Made by a program: the position numbers and the translations under genes. The notes beneath the pieces are model-generated. The model searched no databases. It was not told where the DNA came from and worked only from the letters and a program-made list of their open reading frames with translations. From Dendrobates tinctorius (lineage: Eukaryota): DNA of 64,000 bases. The stretch covers positions 72,044,001-72,108,000 of the forward strand of contig NW_027361738.1 in assembly GCF_039654945.1 (NCBI RefSeq), written 5' to 3'. Below are positions 60,280 through 64,000 of this stretch, piece after piece; position 1 is the first letter of the stretch, and every line of letters begins with the position of its first letter.

Positions 60280-63101
60280 TACATATCTCCTCCACCCCTC
60301 CTGGGACATGTATACTGTATATCATCTCCTCTTCTCCCCGGATGTGTATATAGCCCCTCCACCTCTCCTGGGACGTGTATATGTCCCCCCACCTCTCCTG
60401 GGACATTTTTTTTTTCTAAGAGCCAGAACTTTTTTTTTTTATTACCATATAAAATACAGTAAAAAAAACAAAAAAAACAATTTAAGTTGCAATGAAATTA
60501 GGAAAGGCCCAACAATTCTGCTGATTTTTAGGTTTAGTATAATTACAGCGTTCCCTTTGAAGTGTGGACGAGCGGCGCTTTGTTCTGTGAGTCAGGCTGG
60601 TTGTGGTGACGCTGATAAAAAAAAAAAAAAAAAGGTATAAAACTTTCTACTTGTTTTACCAGCTAATAATTATAAAATAAAAACTTGAGAAAAAAAGTTT
60701 GCCTTTCTCTGCAACTCACTTTCCATTTTTCTGGGGTTGATATTTGCAGGTTGAGCTGTAGTTTTTATTGATATCATTTTCAGCTCCTTTTTCATTTTAT
60801 TTATTCCGTCTTTTTGATTTATTTTTACATCCTGGCTTTCCTCGTACCAGATAAGTATCTGTATATGTTATCAGTTACCAAATATGTTACTTTTGTATTT
60901 TGTTAAGAACTTGCTATTTGCACTACCGAAAAATCTAAACTTTTGTGTTTTTGTTTTTTTTTTTTTTTAATTTGGAGGATGCATTTTAATTTTTACATTT
61001 TTTTTAATATCTTTTAACATTTTGAGTTATTCCATTTAGGGGACATATAGAGGGTGGTGGTGTAACATTGCAGCCAATGAATGGAGGATTAGTGCACATG
61101 CCAAAGGGGCCTTTCAGAGTCCAGCTCTCAGGATGGATGGGGCTTCGAAGTTTTAGGACAGGTGATACCTTTCAGTGTTGGAAATAGCCTTTTCAGATTT
61201 GACTCATCCGAGGTTGCAGATGACACCGTAGAAAGGCGAGCAGCTTGTGAAGGAGCAGCTGAGGCCGGGCTGTAATGAGCGTGCATTGTTCTGCGGCTGA
61301 GTCACAGACATCATGTGCTCCCGTCACACGCTTTCTTTTGATCACCGGAGTAAATGTCAGTCACTCTGATTTGCACATGACAAATATGGCTGAATACGTC
61401 ACTGCAGAAAAAAATCCTCAAAAGCACAAAGAAAAACTGATACAGTGGCACAGTGTTAACACAACAACCTCTCTCTGCATGACATTAACATTACACCAAG
61501 AAGGAAAAGTTGTGGGATGATGGAAATCACAGGAGAGCTAGACGTGCTGCTCACAGTAGCATGAGCAACATGCGCCCTTGTGTTATTGCGTTGATGGGAC
61601 ACTGCAAAAATGGCGTAAGCAATGGTTCCACAACCAAATCAATGTGACATTGAGCTGTTGGTGTACTAGGAGTGAAGACTATTGGGGTCCGGCCAGCACA
61701 TTGTGCCGCGTTACACCATAGTCCCAATGTGACATTCCGTTGTGAAGGCTTCTCTTTATGGCGTTGGACCTGTCGTCCAAGACAAGAACAGAACTCATTG
61801 CTGAAGAGGAAAGACCTCCGTTTCATCCTCCGGTCTCCGTCTGTAGATCACGAGGCAATGCTACAAGTTTACATGTACAGCAGATACCGGACTTTTTTTT
61901 TATCAGCTTATATGTATGATGTATCCTACAATAAATAACTCCATGTATATACCTATACTATCCCACCCTATTACTATCTCATTATGCAGCCATACAGTAT
62001 TGATTATATACTTTAATACATGGGGGGCACAGTGGGGTTCAATACATTATTCTATCATTGATAACTATTTTACTGCGGGGAGTTATTATCTACAGTGGGG
62101 ATTTCTGAGTTCGCCCTACCGCGCGCAGGTCCTCTGATGACGGTGGCAGCGCATGCGCAGATTGATGAAATTGATTGCCGATGATGATACTGTGCATGCG
62201 CCACCTTCGGCGCCATTTTGCTGTAGTAAAGAAAAAAATTGCTCCAGCCACAAGACGTCGGCGCCGGCACTTGCGCAGCTGCTTCTATTGGAACGCGATA
62301 GATGCCACTGCACATGCGCCGCCTTCGGCACCATTTTGTTGTAGTTAAAATTGTTTTTGCTGCAGCAACAAGAAGCCAGCGGAGGCGCTTGCTCAGTAGC
62401 ATCTACCGGAACACATTAGATGCTACTGTGCAGGCGCAGCCGGCGTCGCAATTTTAATGAAGTGATTTTTTTTTTTTTATTAAACAAGAAAATATAATAG
62501 GCACTAACTGATACTTGATAGTGTGTAGGCGCCGCCATTTTGGTGGTCACTTTTTTTTCAAATACACACATTAGAATATTCAATATGTAAATTAGAGGGC
62601 AGGTCAGTGAGGGATCAGTGACCTGTCAGAAGCCATACTGGTGAATACCTAATCAGAGCACCACATGAAGACCCCCCCCACAGACCACCCCGGGGCACGA
62701 GCATATCATTAACTAAAAACTGAAAATAAAGATTAAAAAAGAAGCACAAGATGGATTTCATCACCAGGTATCATTGTAAACAGTATGATGGCGCTGACCT
62801 GACACTGTCTGTAGGTTACTGAGCACAATCCTGCTGACAGGTTCCCTTCAAAGAATTAGAGTCATCATTAATGAAATAGAAAAATGAATTAAGTGACCTG
62901 GAGATGTGTGGAAAAAACGATCCTGCTCCAATTTGAAGATGTGATGTATTTCTATTCAGTAAAGTTCTTGCATTCAATGGTTGTAGGTGATGATCAATAG
63001 TTCACAATAGATGTCCAGGAGCGCGTGCTCAGCTCCTCTCTGTGTATAATGTCCCCAGGCAAGGGAGGTTTAATGAGTAGATGTAGTTCTTATCCCATTA
63101 A

Positions 63102-63231
63102 GGCCGGGGTCACACTTGCGAGAAAATCGCATGAGTCTCGTGTCTCAACATTCCGGCCCCGTGTGCCGGCGGCAGTGCCGGGCATTGAGAAGCGAGACTC
63201 GTACGGGTTTCTCGCAAGTGTGAACCCGGCC
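63102..63231. mobile_element. Harbinger-type MITE, same family as 9187-9381
   Basis: GGCCGGGGTCACACTTGCGAG...CTCGCAAGTGTGAACCCGGCC, TAA TSD. Confidence 0.85.
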
Positions 63232-64000
63232 TAAGTCAGAGATGCAGATTGTGCCTTTAGCTGCTGCGGCTTTGTTTTATCAATTAGAACCTTCTTTGTA
63301 GGGGAAGAGCTGGTGTTTTTATTTTTTACTATTTTTTTTTATTTAAAAAGATGAATTAGCTTATTTTGATCTATGATATTCTATTTTTTACTAATTTTAG
63401 AACTGTAAACATTTTTATTGTAGGATAAGCAAAGCAAGAAAATCCAGCTTCCCGCTTCATAAAATTCCAAAAGCATTCAGAGAATTTTTGTATTAAAAAA
63501 ATTGCTACATGATGTTACAAAAATAGCAATGTGCTCCAAAAGCACACGCCTGCTCTTCTCAAACATTTTTATTACTGCAATCATGATGACCAATGGAAGA
63601 AAGGTTAATAAGTTTGCATTAGGTTTCACTCTCTTACCTTCATTGTCTACTTTATTTTCAGGCTCCCCGTGTACAGTTTGCAGCCTGATCCAAGTTTCAC
63701 ATTACTCTCTTGTGGGAGTGTCTCTCCCTGTAATACAGGCTGGATGTGAAGTCAGTGTGTATCCAGGGTGCTGCTGTCATTAGCTCTTATACCAGCACAG
63801 CTTCTCTCCTGCACTAATTATCTCTTCATGTCCTTTCCTCCTTATCGGCAGCCTGTTTTCTCTGCCCTCCCTAAGACTTTAGAAGCTTTTTTTCTGCCTT
63901 CAGACTGTAGAGATCTGTATACACTGATCTCTGTAACACTAAGACTAGGGAGAGGGAGAACATAGAGAGCGATCAGTAGCAAGAGCTCTGACGGACTTGC

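Larger units (their letters stand above)
44478..60406. repeat. ~31-bp minisatellite split into five blocks (44478-44530, 46153-46417, 47656-47991, 55296-55838, 60280-60406) by four TE insertions
   Basis: Same unit ccctccacctctcccgggacgtgtatatatc resumes in phase after each TSD. Confidence 0.9.

Noticed and set aside
60400-64000. Exons of expected syntenic neighbours (HACD1 upstream, TMEM236 downstream of STAM in mammals)
   Set aside because: No recognisable matching peptide here or at the window start

Overview
Eukaryotic (vertebrate, by repeat content probably anuran amphibian; inference) genomic DNA. The only host protein-coding gene I can support is a complete 14-exon STAM (STAM1, ESCRT-0; VHS-UIM-SH3-GAT/coiled coil) on the minus strand (ATG 44189, stop 16740; spliced CDS 1578 nt = 525 aa), including one GC-AG intron. 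The rest is largely transposon-derived: a near full-length CR1 LINE, a Penelope-like GIY-YIG remnant with a degenerate hammerhead-like motif, L2 and V-SINE fragments, Tc1 copies, many Harbinger/hAT MITEs, solo LTRs and several minisatellites. Immediately upstream of the STAM promoter a single ~31-bp minisatellite array has been split by four independent insertions with clean TSDs (Tc1, solo LTR, 7.3-kb hAT, 4.4-kb non-autonomous LTR element). The hAT has an uninterrupted 1179-aa transposase ORF. Its 3' region carries an unexpected cargo: a ~470-bp diverged 18S rRNA fragment oriented antisense to the transposase, a long fold-back hairpin, tandem repeats and a second diverged copy of part of its own ORF. 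Most ORFs in the supplied track are tandem-repeat or antisense artefacts. All alignments were done by eye against remembered sequences; no searches were run.
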